From Paraspadella gotoi (taxonomy: Eukaryota; Animalia; Chaetognatha), in assembly GCA_051294375.1 (NCBI GenBank), contig CM119265.1, positions 13,756,124-13,820,123 of the forward strand: a stretch of 64,000 nucleotides of DNA, written 5' to 3'. Under the pieces are notes generated by a model. That model was not told the DNA's origin. It saw only the letters and a program-made list of their open reading frames with translations, and searched no databases. Of this stretch, positions 1 through 12,800 are shown one piece after another (position 1 is the stretch's first letter; each line of letters begins with the position of its first letter). Both the position numbers and the translations under genes were made by a program.

Positions 1-3000
1 CCGGGGTCTGCTACAAACTCCATCAACGCCGGGATCTGTCAACTAACCCATCTCCGACTTCCATTCTGTTTCTGTGTCTTTTTTCGTTTTTCTCATTTTT
101 TTTTCCTCTTTTTTTTTTCGCCGATAGAAAAAGACGAAGAAGAAACTGATAAGAATCTTTTTGTTTTCGTCCCCGAAACCAAAAAATATTCCGCGGGTTC
201 CAATTGAGTTATCTCTTTTTCCCAATATTTGCGCCACGATTACCATTTACAAAACTCTCCTCTCTCTCTCTCCTTCCCTCTCACATCGGTGCCGTCGTTG
301 ACGGCAAATGTTGTAGAGATGAGAAAGGAAAAATTGACTCCATTCTTTCTGCCCAGCGACACTGTTCGTCTCTTCCTTTTTATTTTCTTTTTCAGTCATC
401 TTTTCTCTTCGAACTCATTATCACCATCTTTAGTTACCGCCGTTATCTAAGAAAGTCATCGCTCGTCGTCGTCGTAAATCGCCGTCATTCCCACGCGGGC
501 CTTTGACCTTCGTTCTCCGACCATCTTAGCTGAGGTTAAAGTTTTACCCAAAAAGTTTTGTGCGAAATGTGGAGATAAAATATCTTATGAATTATTACAG
601 GACTTGTGTTCGTAAAAAAGATTCCAAGATTTCTTTTTATCCTTTTTTCTCAATATTTTCCTTCCATCCGCAAGCCATTAATTAGATTTCTATAGATATT
701 TTTTCGTTGATCAGCGTCATGGTGGGAATCGTAAATGCGTCTCTCGTGTAGTCTGGTTCCACTCAGCTCGTCCCATTAGCTTGTACAATGTACAATGTAC
801 AATGACGTTAAGTACAGACCTGTGCAAAAAAAGAGGGCACCCACCGTGAGTACCGGATTTTGTTCATCGCCTCACGTCACGCTGGTTAAGTATGATGGTG
901 CTAGCAATAGACTCGCCACTGAGAGATAGTCGCCAGCGACATTGGCGGTGTCACTGGCCAGGTCCTGAGCTCCAGCTCTCGGGAGATGCCTGCACACACC
1001 GGTCATCCCCCTTGCCATCGTATATCTTTTGTTGAATTGAACCGTGGGGTCGGATGGAATTTTCTTTTTTTAAATTTTATGTTATTTTAAATATTTACGT
1101 AATCAATGAGATTTGGTTTTCGTTCCGAAGATTTCGCCATTCGTTTTCAACGTAAAAGCGACAGGCGGAAAAAATTGGCGGAATCACGGCCATAAGCGGA
1201 ATAACTTCGTTGGTTGGCACATAGTACACAGTGAAATTGTCCAGCTGTCAATGGTGGGTGATTTCCAAATGGGTGGAAACACCTCTCTCTCTCTTTCTCT
1301 TCTCCTCCGCTTTCTTTCTCTAGATAACGGTCGAGCCTGGTGCCCATGGAGAGAGCGACGGTTTGTTTTGGGCCTTCGAAATTTAGTAACATTGACTCAA
1401 TCTTTGGTGACGCGTGATATTTTCCCTGACGCCTTTCACAAGACATTTCACGACCCATGATCTCTAAAATCATTATCCGAATTCGGTAAGGAGCTATTGT
1501 TTCACGGTTCAGCTAAGAAAGATTAAATATAAAAACGAAAAACGATGAGAACAAGGGCTGTGCAGAAGATTTAAAAATGGCAGAGATTGAATCGAGTATA
1601 CTAGCTATCCTTGATTGGAGGTTGCAAACCCGCTAATCCACGAGTCATTCTATGGAGAAAACGCCATATTCACCGGCGAAATTGATGCTCATTCGTTCGA
1701 GACGATCGTCGTGCGGTCGTCGTATTCGTGCGGCGCGACGGCTAATTCGAAGAATTACGACGCCATGAATCACCGCAGGCGCCGTCCCGTACTACGTACA
1801 GCTGCACGGGGAACAACGGCCGGGCGCCCGCTATTTTGCCGACACGTTTCACCGGCACCGGGTTCGCATTGACCCCGAGTAACAAAGACGGAAGCTTTTA
1901 GGGAAAAAAAGAATCTCTTGTCCGATTAAATTTAAGAGATAAATAGAGCTTTGTTTTCTTCAACATAAGTGTGATAATAGTGAGAGGGTTTTTCCCCGCT
2001 GATAATGAAAGAAAGACGAAGGAGTGTCACAAGGAAAAAAAGGAGAGAAATTAAAAAAGTCGGAAAGCATCAAGAATATTAGATTAAATAGAAGATTAGG
2101 ATAGCGCAAGAGGCTTTCAAACATGAGAGGGCTTTGATAAGCTGAAACAATTGCAAATGATAAGCACAAGATGGAGAAAAAAAAAATCCCGGTTTTTCCA
2201 AAGAGAATTTGAAGTTGTACATAATGAAAATATACTATCAGCTTTTGCATCGAATGAAGTATTTCCGTTTCTCGACTTTTTTTTTTTTAAACTTGCCTAT
2301 CAAATCGAGCGGAAAAAAGTCCCCTCTACATTTTTATTAACATCCTTGTTTCACATTATCAGTTGACTGATTACTATTTTTCTTCAACGTAGTCCTTTTT
2401 CGTCCTGATTAAAATTGTCCGGGGAAATAACCACGGTCAAACTGATTCATTGAGCTATCAAACTCAGGGAAAAGAGGACTTACCTCTTACTCGGAGCCCT
2501 TTTTTCTTTTTCCCAGTCAATTACCTTAGACATTACTTTGCGACGCCACGAAAACCGAATACTTGTCTTTCATTAGCGCCGAAAGAATTTTCGTGGCGCC
2601 GACTCTTCATTTTTCGTTTCATCAAAACATTTTTTCTTCTTTCTTTTTATTTGACCTCATCTTTTCCTCTATTCTTCCGCTAATTCCATTCCGATTTTCT
2701 CCTCTTTTTTATTCCTCTGCCATTTTCTATAAATTCAAAGGAAAAAAAATTACTGGCGAAATTCTTTTCCCGCTCTATCGCCTTCCGACGTGAGGAATGC
2801 TCCTTCAGCTGCTCCTTTTCTTCGCTCCTCCGTCGCTCCTACCATTGCCAACCACTCGCGATCGTCGGCGATTCGTCGAGGTCGCGAGCCGATCCCGTCT
2901 CTAGGGAGATGGTTGCTAAGCGCCCGGTCGATTGGGTCGAGCGTTGCTACGGATTAATGAATCGAAAGACTAATGTGGATCATGTAGGGGCTAAAGAGCG

Positions 3001-3999
3001 ACTCCCCCGGGAGAAGTAAACAAAAACACTGACCGAAAAAGAACGTATGAGAGAGAGGGAGAGAGAGAGAGAGAGAGAGACAGAAAGAGAGAGAGATGAG
3101 AGACTGGTAAGACTCGGGCCATCGCTACCAAGATTCGATGAGCGAAAATCTTTTGTGAAATTTACGGCTACTATAAAAGGGAGAAAAAAAATTTTGGGAA
3201 TTATTAATAAAAAAAGATCTCAACTTTATTCGGATGAGAATATCATTGAAAAGCAGCAGGAACCCCGATTTGTTTGAGCGCAGTGCCCCTAGTGATTTTA
3301 ATCGAGTTTGATGCGTCAATTAGAACAAACCATTACATCCTTATTATAATAATGACATTAAAAACAATTGGCCTCGTAAGAGGTTTTACATAAAAATGTA
3401 AAAAAAAAAATTGTATTCTGATTAATTTATGTTTTCTTCTGCCGCAAAAATTAAATTTTTTCAACTTTTATTAATTTAAACCCGTTCTGGGCGATAAAGA
3501 GCTTTTTTTGAGATATAAAACGCAAAAAAAATTTTGTCTTGAAATACATCCTCCAAAAAATATTTCAAAAAAAATNNNNNNNNNNNNNNNNNNNNNNNNN
3601 NNNNNNNNNNNNNNNNNNNNNNNNNNNNNNNNNNNNNNNNNNNNNNNNNNNNNNNNNNNNNNNNNNNNNNNNNNNNNNNNNNNNNNNNNNNNNNNNNNNN
3701 NNNNNNNNNNNNNNNNNNNNNNNNNNNNNNNNNNNNNNNNNNNNNNNNNNNNNNNNNNNNNNNNNNNNNNNNNNNNNNNNNNNNNNNNNNNNNNNNNNNN
3801 NNNNNNNNNNNNNNNNNNNNNNNNNNNNNNNNNNNNNNNNNNNNNNNNNNNNNNNNNNNNNNNNNNNNNNNNNNNNNNNNNNNNNNNNNNNNNNNNNNNN
3901 NNNNNNNNNNNNNNNNNNNNNNNNNNNNNNNNNNNNNNNNNNNNNNNNNNNNNNNNNNNNNNNNNNNNNNNNNNNNNNNNNNNNNNNNNNNNNNNNNNC

Positions 4000-4260
4000 C
4001 TGCGTCAAGGCATTCAAGGAATCATATGCCTCCAAATATCCTGTTTCTGCTCAATGAGGTCCGTCCGAATTTGTCGAAATGGGTTTCAAGAGATAAATCA
4101 ATGGATTTGAGTAAACTGAATGGCAAGACCCATCGTAACTTTTGTGACGAAGTAAGACTTCTTTTTCACACACCTGGACCACTTCCGCAGATGGCCAGCG
4201 GGGCATTTTCGCACCAGTTCCACAGCAACATTGATAATTGAGATGCACAACACATCGCAA
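4000..4260 (-). pseudogene. Decayed DNA-transposase-like fragment (possibly Kolobok-type zinc-binding region)
   Basis: The minus frame reads INVAVELVRKCPAGHLRKWSRCVKKKSYFVTKVTMGLAIQFTQIH*FIS*NPFRQIRTDLIEQKQDIW, with two in-frame TGA stops. The C-x2-GH-x3-WS ... AI-x-F ... IS-x3-F ... W spacing recalls the region N-terminal to the catalytic Asp in Kolobok-like transposases (from memory, not searched). It runs into an N gap. Confidence 0.3.
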
Positions 4261-4449
4261 CGCTAGAACACCCTCACCCCACCGTAATACATAAATTTAA
4301 CGAAAATATGACTAAATTAGTCACTAAAATCATAATATATTGACTATGACTTCTATATTCCTCGCTCAAGGTGACCTCCGAAGTTCTGACGGCAACGGCG
4401 AGCGAAAATTGGACGCGGGAAAATCGGAGATGAAAGCGATGATCGAAGA

Positions 4450-5496
4450 TTACGGAAAGAAAATCGGTAGTTCCTTCTTTCCGATGAAGTCGAGACTGGC
4501 AAAGTACTTGACGTACTTGTACTTTTCCGCCAACTTGACTACCTTCAACATTTCCTTCATCATATCCCTGAGAGACGATGAAATGAAATAAATGTATAAA
4601 AAAAAAAAAAAAACTGTAAAACTATAAAATCAAGTAATCAATAGCGAACCTTTGAAAGTTTTTAACATCCTTAATCTGCTGAATTATGGGGTCGATCTTC
4701 TCCAAAGCCTCGGATTTCTCGAGCACGCTCTTCATATTTTCTATCGCTTCCTACGTCGAAGAGATTAAATCAAAGGAGTGAAATAGAGACAGAGTGGGAT
4801 ACCGCTAACCAACCTCCTCCTTGGCGACGGCGTCGACGACGTCCCTCCAGTTGCCGTCGTATTTTGCCAGTTGGTGCCATCCCTCCATTTCGTACATGGT
4901 CTTCTTGGCTTCCTCTTTGGCATTGTCGGACAGCTGGAGGTAGGTCTCGAAGCATTCTCCGCGGACGCCCTTCTTGAACTGCATCGACTCGTCGCGGAGT
5001 CTTGAAGGTGAAGCGGAGAAGTAAAACTCGTTTTAAGCATGAAAATATTGTTTTATTATATTGTTATTCCTTATGTATATACTCTCTTTTCGTTGTTTTT
5101 TGAGGTATTAGGAAAAAAAACAGTTTTGTTTGACAACGATTTATTTGACAGTTTAGTCAGACATGTTTCGGCTCTAAGTGAAAGAGCCGAAACATGTCTG
5201 ACTAAACTGTCAAATAAATCGTTGTCAAACAAAACTGTTTTTTCCTAATTGTTATTCCTTTATATTTAAAGTAAATCGTAAACGTTAAATCGAATTAGCT
5301 TATCGATTCAAATTAGTTCCTTATCAGTTGTTAAAGGAAAGCATCTTCACATTATTTTCTTCGGTTAAACTTCGCAACCCCGATTTCCAACTCGTCGGGG
5401 ATACCTGAACTTCCTGATCCGCTTTGGCATCGCGGATGCGAAACAACACAACAAAGCCATCAGCGCCAAGGCGGCTCTTGGTCCGCGTCGCGTCAT
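4450..5496 (-). CDS. Four-exon gene for a 165-aa secreted, predicted helical protein of unknown function
   Basis: Exons 5496-5405, 5000-4814, 4750-4650 and 4567-4450 total 498 nt. All three introns (404, 63, 82 bp) are GT-AG with matching phases (2, 0, 2), open from ATG to TAA: MTRRGPRAALALMALLCCFASAMPKRIRKFRLRDESMQFKKGVRGECFETYLQLSDNAKEEAKKTMYEMEGWHQLAKYDGNWRDVVDAVAKEEEAIENMKSVLEKSEALEKIDPIIQQIKDVKNFQRDMMKEMLKVVKLAEKYKYVKYFASLDFIGKKELPIFFP. The N-terminus has a basic n-region, hydrophobic h-region and A-S-A cleavage motif. Exons are GC-richer than introns. Confidence 0.85.
5107..5249. mobile_element. Intronic palindrome, probably an inverted pseudo-LTR remnant of a Penelope-like element
   Basis: 5121-5175 is the exact reverse complement of 5183-5237 (55 bp, 7-nt loop), extending to 5107/5249 across an A8/T6 tract. 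Each arm reads AGAGCCGAAACATGTC...AATAAA outward from the loop. The 13-bp direct repeat ATTGTTATTCCTT flanks it at 5060-5072 and 5248-5260. The palindrome is certain; the Penelope origin is inference. Confidence 0.6.
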
Positions 5497-6754
5497 GCTA
5501 TTTCCTTTTCTCAGCTTTCTATCTTCTTTCCTTTTGATATTCTTTGCTTGATTCCGTGTTTTCTTTATCGCGATTCCTTTTTACTTTTTTACTTTCGGAA
5601 GTCGCAGGTGTTTTTCCTACCAGGTTTTTCTTCCGCTCGATTTTAAACGCGTGTTTTCCTTTTCGTCTTTTTTTTTTCCGCTTCGAAGGAACGCGTGTCC
5701 CAGTGTCGAGTCTTCCTCATTGTCTTATTCGTTTGTCGTAAGAAGCTACAGTTTATTTTTCAAGCGTGGGTTTCGCCAACTTGGTTTACATGTTGTATAT
5801 TTCGACTACAGGAATTAGGTCCGGAATATTCTTCAATTTCTTGATAATCCGTTGTTGAATGACATCGTAATTTATTTTCCGAAGCGTTTTCTTTTTCCTG
5901 GATTTTTCTCTCCCGTAAAGGATAGGAGGTTAAGTGTTTTTATCGCCAAATATTTCTATTTAGTAGCAACGAATGACGAGGAGAAAAAATAGTGGAGCTC
6001 GAAGGCAAAGGAAAAGCCGAGTCTTTTTCGACGCGAGCCTCCCGCTCCCTGGCACAACATTTTATTATTCCTGGGGAAAATAAACCCGGCGGGATTTTAT
6101 ATCGAATTTGGCCTCGGCTTCGTCGGTAGACGATGTTGTTGTCTGGAACTAAAAATCATTAGCGGATCTTGTTTTGATTTCGCGCCCGCGTTGCAAGAAA
6201 TTACGTTGGAGGGAAAGGGAGGGAGGAAGGAATGAGATAGAGAGAGAGTCAGAGAGAATGCGGCTCATGCCTCCCTTTTTAGGGCAATTGATCGCGTCCA
6301 TAAACAGATTGCGTACGCGCTTCACCGTATATAAAACGTTATAACGTCGTCGTCGTCGTCGTCATCGTCGTCTCCACATTCCCATCCTCCCCACGCCTCG
6401 TCTCTCTTCCGTCACTTTTGGCTCGCATTTTTTGACGTTTGGCTGAATTGATGGGGCATTTTCTCCGGCATTTTCCGCGGAATTTTAAGGGTTAAATCTT
6501 TCGAGAAAAGACGTTTTATTTCTCCGCGAATTGATCGTTTCAATTCCTCGAGAGATTTTCTTTTATTTATTTTGCTATTTTAATATTTCGACGGCTCGTG
6601 AATAATTTTGAGAATTGAAAGAGTGAAAGACGGTTTTTGAGGCGGAGAATAAGGTCTGAGACTGAGGAGAGGAGATTTAGAAAATTCTAGAATGGTAAGG
6701 TTAAATTAAAAAGAAAAAAGACGTTGAGAACGAGGACGATCGCGGGAAAGCTGA

Positions 6755-6808
<54 letters not shown>
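6755..6808. repeat. (AAT)18 microsatellite
   Basis: Perfect AAT run; it explains the poly-Leu ORF 6706..6948. Confidence 0.95.
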
Positions 6809-9369
6809 CTATATGAATGTTTATGTACAATCTTAAGTTTAGGTTTTATTTTTATAAAAAAAAGAGATTGATTTTTCTTTATTGTCGTCAACGCCCATTT
6901 TTCAGCAGCAAACATCCAGCGCCTCGACAGAGTCAACAGCAACGACAAAGATTATATTAGTAAGATTATCTCTAGGATCTGAGCAACAGTTCTTATTTCG
7001 CGGGTTCGCGGGTTCGAGGGTAGATCGTGCACTGAGAACGATCGTGGAGGAGTAAGAGCAAGACAAACAAGATGAGGGGAAATTGAAGAGGTTNNNNNNN
7101 NNNNNNNNNNNNNNNNNNNNNNNNNNNNNNNNNNNNNNNNNNNNNNNNNNNNNNNNNNNNNNNNNNNNNNNNNNNNNNNNNNNNNNNNNNNNNNNNNNNN
7201 NNNNNNNNNNNNNNNNNNNNNNNNNNNNNNNNNNNNNNNNNNNNNNNNNNNNNNNNNNNNNNNNNNNNNNNNNNNNNNNNNNNNNNNNNNNNNNNNNNNN
7301 NNNNNNNNNNNNNNNNNNNNNNNNNNNNNNNNNNNNNNNNNNNNNNNNNNNNNNNNNNNNNNNNNNNNNNNNNNNNNNNNNNNNNNNNNNNNNNNNNNNN
7401 NNNNNNNNNNNNNNNNNNNNNNNNNNNNNNNNNNNNNNNNNNNNNNNNNNNNNNNNNNNNNNNNNNNNNNNNNNNNNNNNNNNNNNNNNNNNNNNNNNNN
7501 NNNNNNNNNNNNNNNNNNNNNNNNNNNNNNNNNNNNNNNNNNNNNNNNNNNNNNNNNNNNNNNNNNNNNNNNNNNNNNNNNNNNNNNNNNNNNNNNNNNN
7601 NNNNNNNNNNNNNNNNNNNNNNNNNNNNNNNNNNNNNNNNNNNNNNNNNNNNNNNNNNNNNNNNNNNNNNNNNNNNNNNNNNNNNNNNNNNNNNNNNNNN
7701 NNNNNNNNNNNNNNNNNNNNNNNNNNNNNNNNNNNNNNNNNNNNNNNNNNNNNNNNNNNNNNNNNNNNNNNNNNNNNNNNNNNNNATACGTCGATCAAGA
7801 CTTCGTTGTCGTCGCCATCTTTTCTCCTTTTTTTTTAAGCGATTCACTTCGTCTGTTCATTTTTTAATCTTCCTCTATTTTTTTAAAAAAGTTATCCCCT
7901 TTAAAATTCCCGCTTGAACCGCAATTATTGTTCACCGCTAAAGTCGTCACCATAATCGTCCCCTTGACTCATTCGCTTTTCATTCTTTCGTCCATTTGGG
8001 ATCCGAGGAAACCGTGATCACGCCGGATTTCCTTGGAAAAGATAGAGAAAGAAAAGAGATAATCATTCTTTAAATCATTAATATCATAACGACGTTTCGA
8101 TCCATGTTTCTAAACTCGCGTCCAGCTCAAGATGAAACGAGGCCCCGAACGCGCGTAATTCTGGCTTTGACGAATGCGTAAGAACGAGGCTCCGAACGCG
8201 CGTTACCGTTTCGAACGAAAGGGCTATTTTTAGAAACTAGATGAGATTCTCTTTCTTTTTCTTCTGATTTCAATGAGTTTTTTTTTTTACCTTTCGTTTG
8301 TGTCTTTGTCTTGGGCACTATTATGAGCCGATGAATTCTGAGATGTTCTGTGGCGAGAATAATGGAAGAATAGCGAAGGGGGGAAATGGAAAAAAGGGAG
8401 AGAAGCAAATGAGGCATAATAAAATGACATACATTTAAAGGAACCGAGATAATCGCTCTATACTATAGAGCTGACCTTAGTTTTCGATTTGATTCCCAAG
8501 CATCGCCGGCCGAGACCGAAATGTTCGCATTTTTTCTGAAGGTTTGGACAATAAAAATAGTTAATGGCTAATTAATGTTTAACTTAAAAAAAAATTCATT
8601 TACCAACCGGTCATCACGAAAGATATCTTCCGCTTTTGTCTTTTGCAAAAAAGACATCACGAGTCAGAGCTTTGTTTCGAAGTTAACCAAAGACAAACTC
8701 GACCATCCCTAGAATTATTATCCTATCAGTCTAACTCTAAGCGGAAAAAGTAACCGGACGCTTCTCAAAGAGGCTTTGCAGAATGCGATGAGGAACTGTG
8801 AAATTGCGATCTCGATACTGAAGATAGTGAAGATGCTGTCGCCGCGATTGGGGGGAGATTTGATTGTGACGAAGAGAGAGAAATCCGAAGAGCGGAGAAA
8901 AAAAGTCATCGATTAATCGATTCGAGCCACACCGGCGGCGTCGTCGTCTTCACTTGGAGTCGGCGTGGTCCTTTTGGTTCTTTGTCTGCAGGCGTGTGTG
9001 CGTGTATTTGTGAAAGTGGGCGATAGAGAAAGAGAGATGGAGAGAGAGAAAGATTGAGAGAGAGCGACGAGCACGGAAATTGAAGGATAGAAAACGTTAA
9101 AAAATACGATAAAACGATAAAGAATAAGACGGGGAAGTTAGAAAAAGGAAGGCGAAAACTCAATCGGTTCCATGATCGCAAGAAATAAAAACAGAGAAGG
9201 AAAGAANNNNNNNNNNNNNNNNNNNNNNNNNNNNNNNNNNNNNNNNNNNNNNNNNNNNNNNNNNNNNNNNNNNNNNNNNNNNNNNNNNNNNNNNNNNNNN
9301 NNNNNNNNNNNNNNNNNNNNNNNNNNNNNNNNNNNNNNNNNNNNNNNNNNNNNNNNNNNNNNNNNNNNN

Positions 9370-9404
<35 letters not shown>

Positions 9405-9847
9405 CAGCCTGCGATAGGCAGGGTAGCGGGGCGGGGAAATTGCCTTGATTTGATTACCATTCATCCTGCAAGGAACCGCGTTCAACGTTGGCGTCGCTAG
9501 AGGGTAACACGTTAAAAAAAGGCTTGGGCGGCGGTTGTCTTGGAAACGATGGCTCCGTCTGTTACGAAAGCGAAACAAAGCCCGCGGCCCCGGCCTCTGG
9601 ATTGGAATCATAAAATAGTTAAGAACTTAAGAAAACAAAGGAGAGGGTACGAGGGAAGAGTCCTTTTTTTTCTTTTCTCCTCTCGTCACAAGAGTGGCCA
9701 ATAGACGGGCTGCGATCGGCGAGTGATCGAGAAACGGCCCTCGGTGTTTTCTTTTCCAAGTTGGGTCGTTAAATTTTGTGGGTATTAATTGATAATTTAT
9801 ATGTTGGGGAGCACAGGATAGAAATCACCTTTTTTTGAGGGGCGGAG

Positions 9848-12800
9848 CATTTTTAGCGATTAAATCAAGCGGTTACGAGATAAGTACCTTGGAAAATAAG
9901 AAACACAATGGCCAGATCTTTTAAAAAACAGATAAAAATTACAGATTCTAACTCGAGAAAAAGATGCCTTCGTCCATCACGGCGCGAAGGAAAGGACGCG
10001 AAGAGCGCAGACCGATTTTCAAATTTCGAATCAAAAAACGGGACAGAAGATTATTACTGGAAGCCAACGAGAAAAACAAACACACACGAAACGGGGAGAG
10101 AACAGAATCGCTCGGTTTTCTTTTTTTCTTCGTTTTTTGTAAGAAAGTGGAAGGGAGGTGGGAGGACAGTGATAGGGACAGGCGGGAAAGCGTTAAGACG
10201 GACAAACAGTATGGACGGGAATATGTTATAGAGGTGTTAGATTTCGTTGGAAAGGAAACCACTAAGCAGACGACTTTCTCTTTCGTGAAGTCAAAGGCCA
10301 ATGGGGCAGCGTTCTTTCTTCGTTGAAATTTATCGTCATGTCTTCAATCATTGTCGTCGCAATAGCTTTAATGTTACGTCATTAACCTTAGTTTATGTCA
10401 TCAATCGCGTCGGACAATCGATTTAACATTTGTCATTCGTCATTTAACGATTTGTGTTGATGTTTTGTATAATTATCATCATCGACTATTAGGTTAGATG
10501 TTCATTCGTCATTCAATCTTTTGTTCTAGGACATCATCATCGTCACCATAGCTGTAATATCAATCGTCGACAATTGATTTAGACCTTGTTTAATCGTCAT
10601 TTTAAAACTTTTGGTGTCAACAATAGCTTCCATTTCATCGTCATCAATGTTTGTCTAATGTCATCATAATTCGTCTCCAAAATAGCTTTATTGTCATCAT
10701 CATTCTATATTTTGGTTTTAATGGTCGCTCATCGAACTTTGAACGCGTCTTTGTTCGTCAGCGCCGTCGGTTTTTCAACTGGGGGACGAGGCGGACGCGC
10801 AAGAAAAGGCCGGCGTCAAACATGGCGGAACTGCGCCAAGCAGGAAACAGCCGCCGCGGCGCGCGAAGACCAAGGCGGTCTCGGCGTCGGGTAATGATTA
10901 CCTGAAGATGCAATGGGAAAGAAGTGGAACAAAGATAAGAGATAAAAGTTAAAGAAAATGGGGATTGACGTTGACTGACAATTGAAGTATTTGTAAGAGA
11001 ACGTGTGGAACGCGGCTGCCTAGATAGTAAGAAGTAATATGTGTCGAATCTGAACTGAATACATGATAGGTTTCATTCAGAGGGAAAGACAAATCGAACG
11101 ACTGACATGGATGACTGGCATCGCATTATTTAACGACACTTAAAGTTCAATGTCGCTCAAAATCCAGCATTTTGTCTTCTCTTCTTTTTTTCCCGCTTTC
11201 CGATGCGAACCTATGTTTTTCAGGCGAATGCCTTACCTCCCCTCTCGTTCACCTTTAGTCCTTACCTTAATCCCTAACTTCCCCTTCATGTTTTTTTCCC
11301 CGAACCCAAGAGGAAAAGAAGGCGGAGGGTGCGAACGCAGTAACGGCGTCATTCCTATGCGCGTCGTTGGGCGTCTCTGTCTTTGGGCCTACTCCAGCTC
11401 TGCTTCGGGGTTTAGAATCGCTGGTGTGAAAGGGGGGCTGCGAAGAGAATACGGGAGAAAAAGGAAAGGCGGGAAATGGAGGAAAAAGGGAAAAGTGAAG
11501 AGAAAAGGGGAAATGAAATAATGAATGATTAATGAAAGGGGAAATGTACGGTGAGAAAGAGAGAAAGGCCGTATGAGAAAAGGAAAAGGAGATATAAGAA
11601 TATTGAGAGCAAAGGATTATAGAGTTCAGCGGAGATGATGAAGAAAATCAAGAAGAAAAAAAAGACTAAGATTTAAAACGGATGAGAAAAAAAAGAAGGT
11701 TATGAGAAAGAGAAAAAGGGGGATTTATCCTAGAGACGGATCGAATAGATGAAGAAGATGAAAAGTTGAGAACAAAGAAAGAGAGGAGTATGTGGTGAGA
11801 GGAGATGAAAAAAAAATGGAGAAGTTAAGAGCGACGAGGTCGAGCGGGAAAAGTTTTATAACTCAAAATTCCGGCCAGACCTTGATATCCGCTGATGGCC
11901 GGTGAGAGAAAAGAATGGGGCAAATTCGAGGGTGAGACAGTGGTATGGGATAGTAGTAGTAGGAAATAGTAATAAATTCATAAAGCTTTGGGGGTAAATG
12001 GAATCGGTTAATATTGGTGTATTTAATCGTTATTTATTAATATATATGTAGAGTGTATAATTTACTTCGTGGACGAAGCCAGTTGTGCCGAAAATTTATC
12101 AGAAATAGCGAGGGGCTGCCTTTTCAGGGTCTTGAGGGCGTGGTAAGGGGCGTTGTAACGGGGAAAACGGGCCGTGGCGTGCGGTCGCAGCCGCCTCAAT
12201 ATGAAAGAAACGGGCCGTGGCGGGCGGGGAGGGCGAGTCGGTCGAGAAACGGCTTTGGCGACCCTGCGGTTCGCGCCTAGCAGACTATGGCAAGCGCCAT
12301 CGGGACAAAAGCGGCGAGACCTCGAGCTGTTTTGTTTCGCCCATCAAAAAGTGATACGCGGTAGCGACGGGACTTCGAAAGCGGAGACGACGAAAACGAA
12401 AGAAAAGTTTCGCTCTGTTCGAGACGAAATCGATTGTGGCAGCGGGTCGGAGCGTTGGAAGAGGGTTGATCTTGTGACGTCCAACAGTCTACAAAGTCTG
12501 ATGTTTTTCAAATCATTTTTTCCAAACTGATATTATTCCTTTATAACCGTTTTAAATTCGGTGATCTTGGATTAAAGTGTCGTCGGTCAGCTCCTAGTTT
12601 ACGTGTCCGTATTTTAGGAAGAAAGAAAAACATTTGCAGATTTTCTTTCAAACCGAATTCGGCTCGATTGGGCCGAAAATGCGGAGCGAAGGGGATGTGT
12701 GCGCGATATGGTGGGGGGGGGGGTATTTTAGGGAGGCTCTTTATTTTTGGCGACACGAAAGTTTTATTTTCCACACTCGAAATAAATTTTTCCTTTCTTT

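Noticed and set aside
1615-1880. GC-rich segment with open frames (e.g. AVPYYVQLHGEQRPGARYFADTFHRHRVRIDP)
   Set aside because: All three plus frames are locally open, splice sites are weak and no motif is recognisable, so no frame can be chosen.
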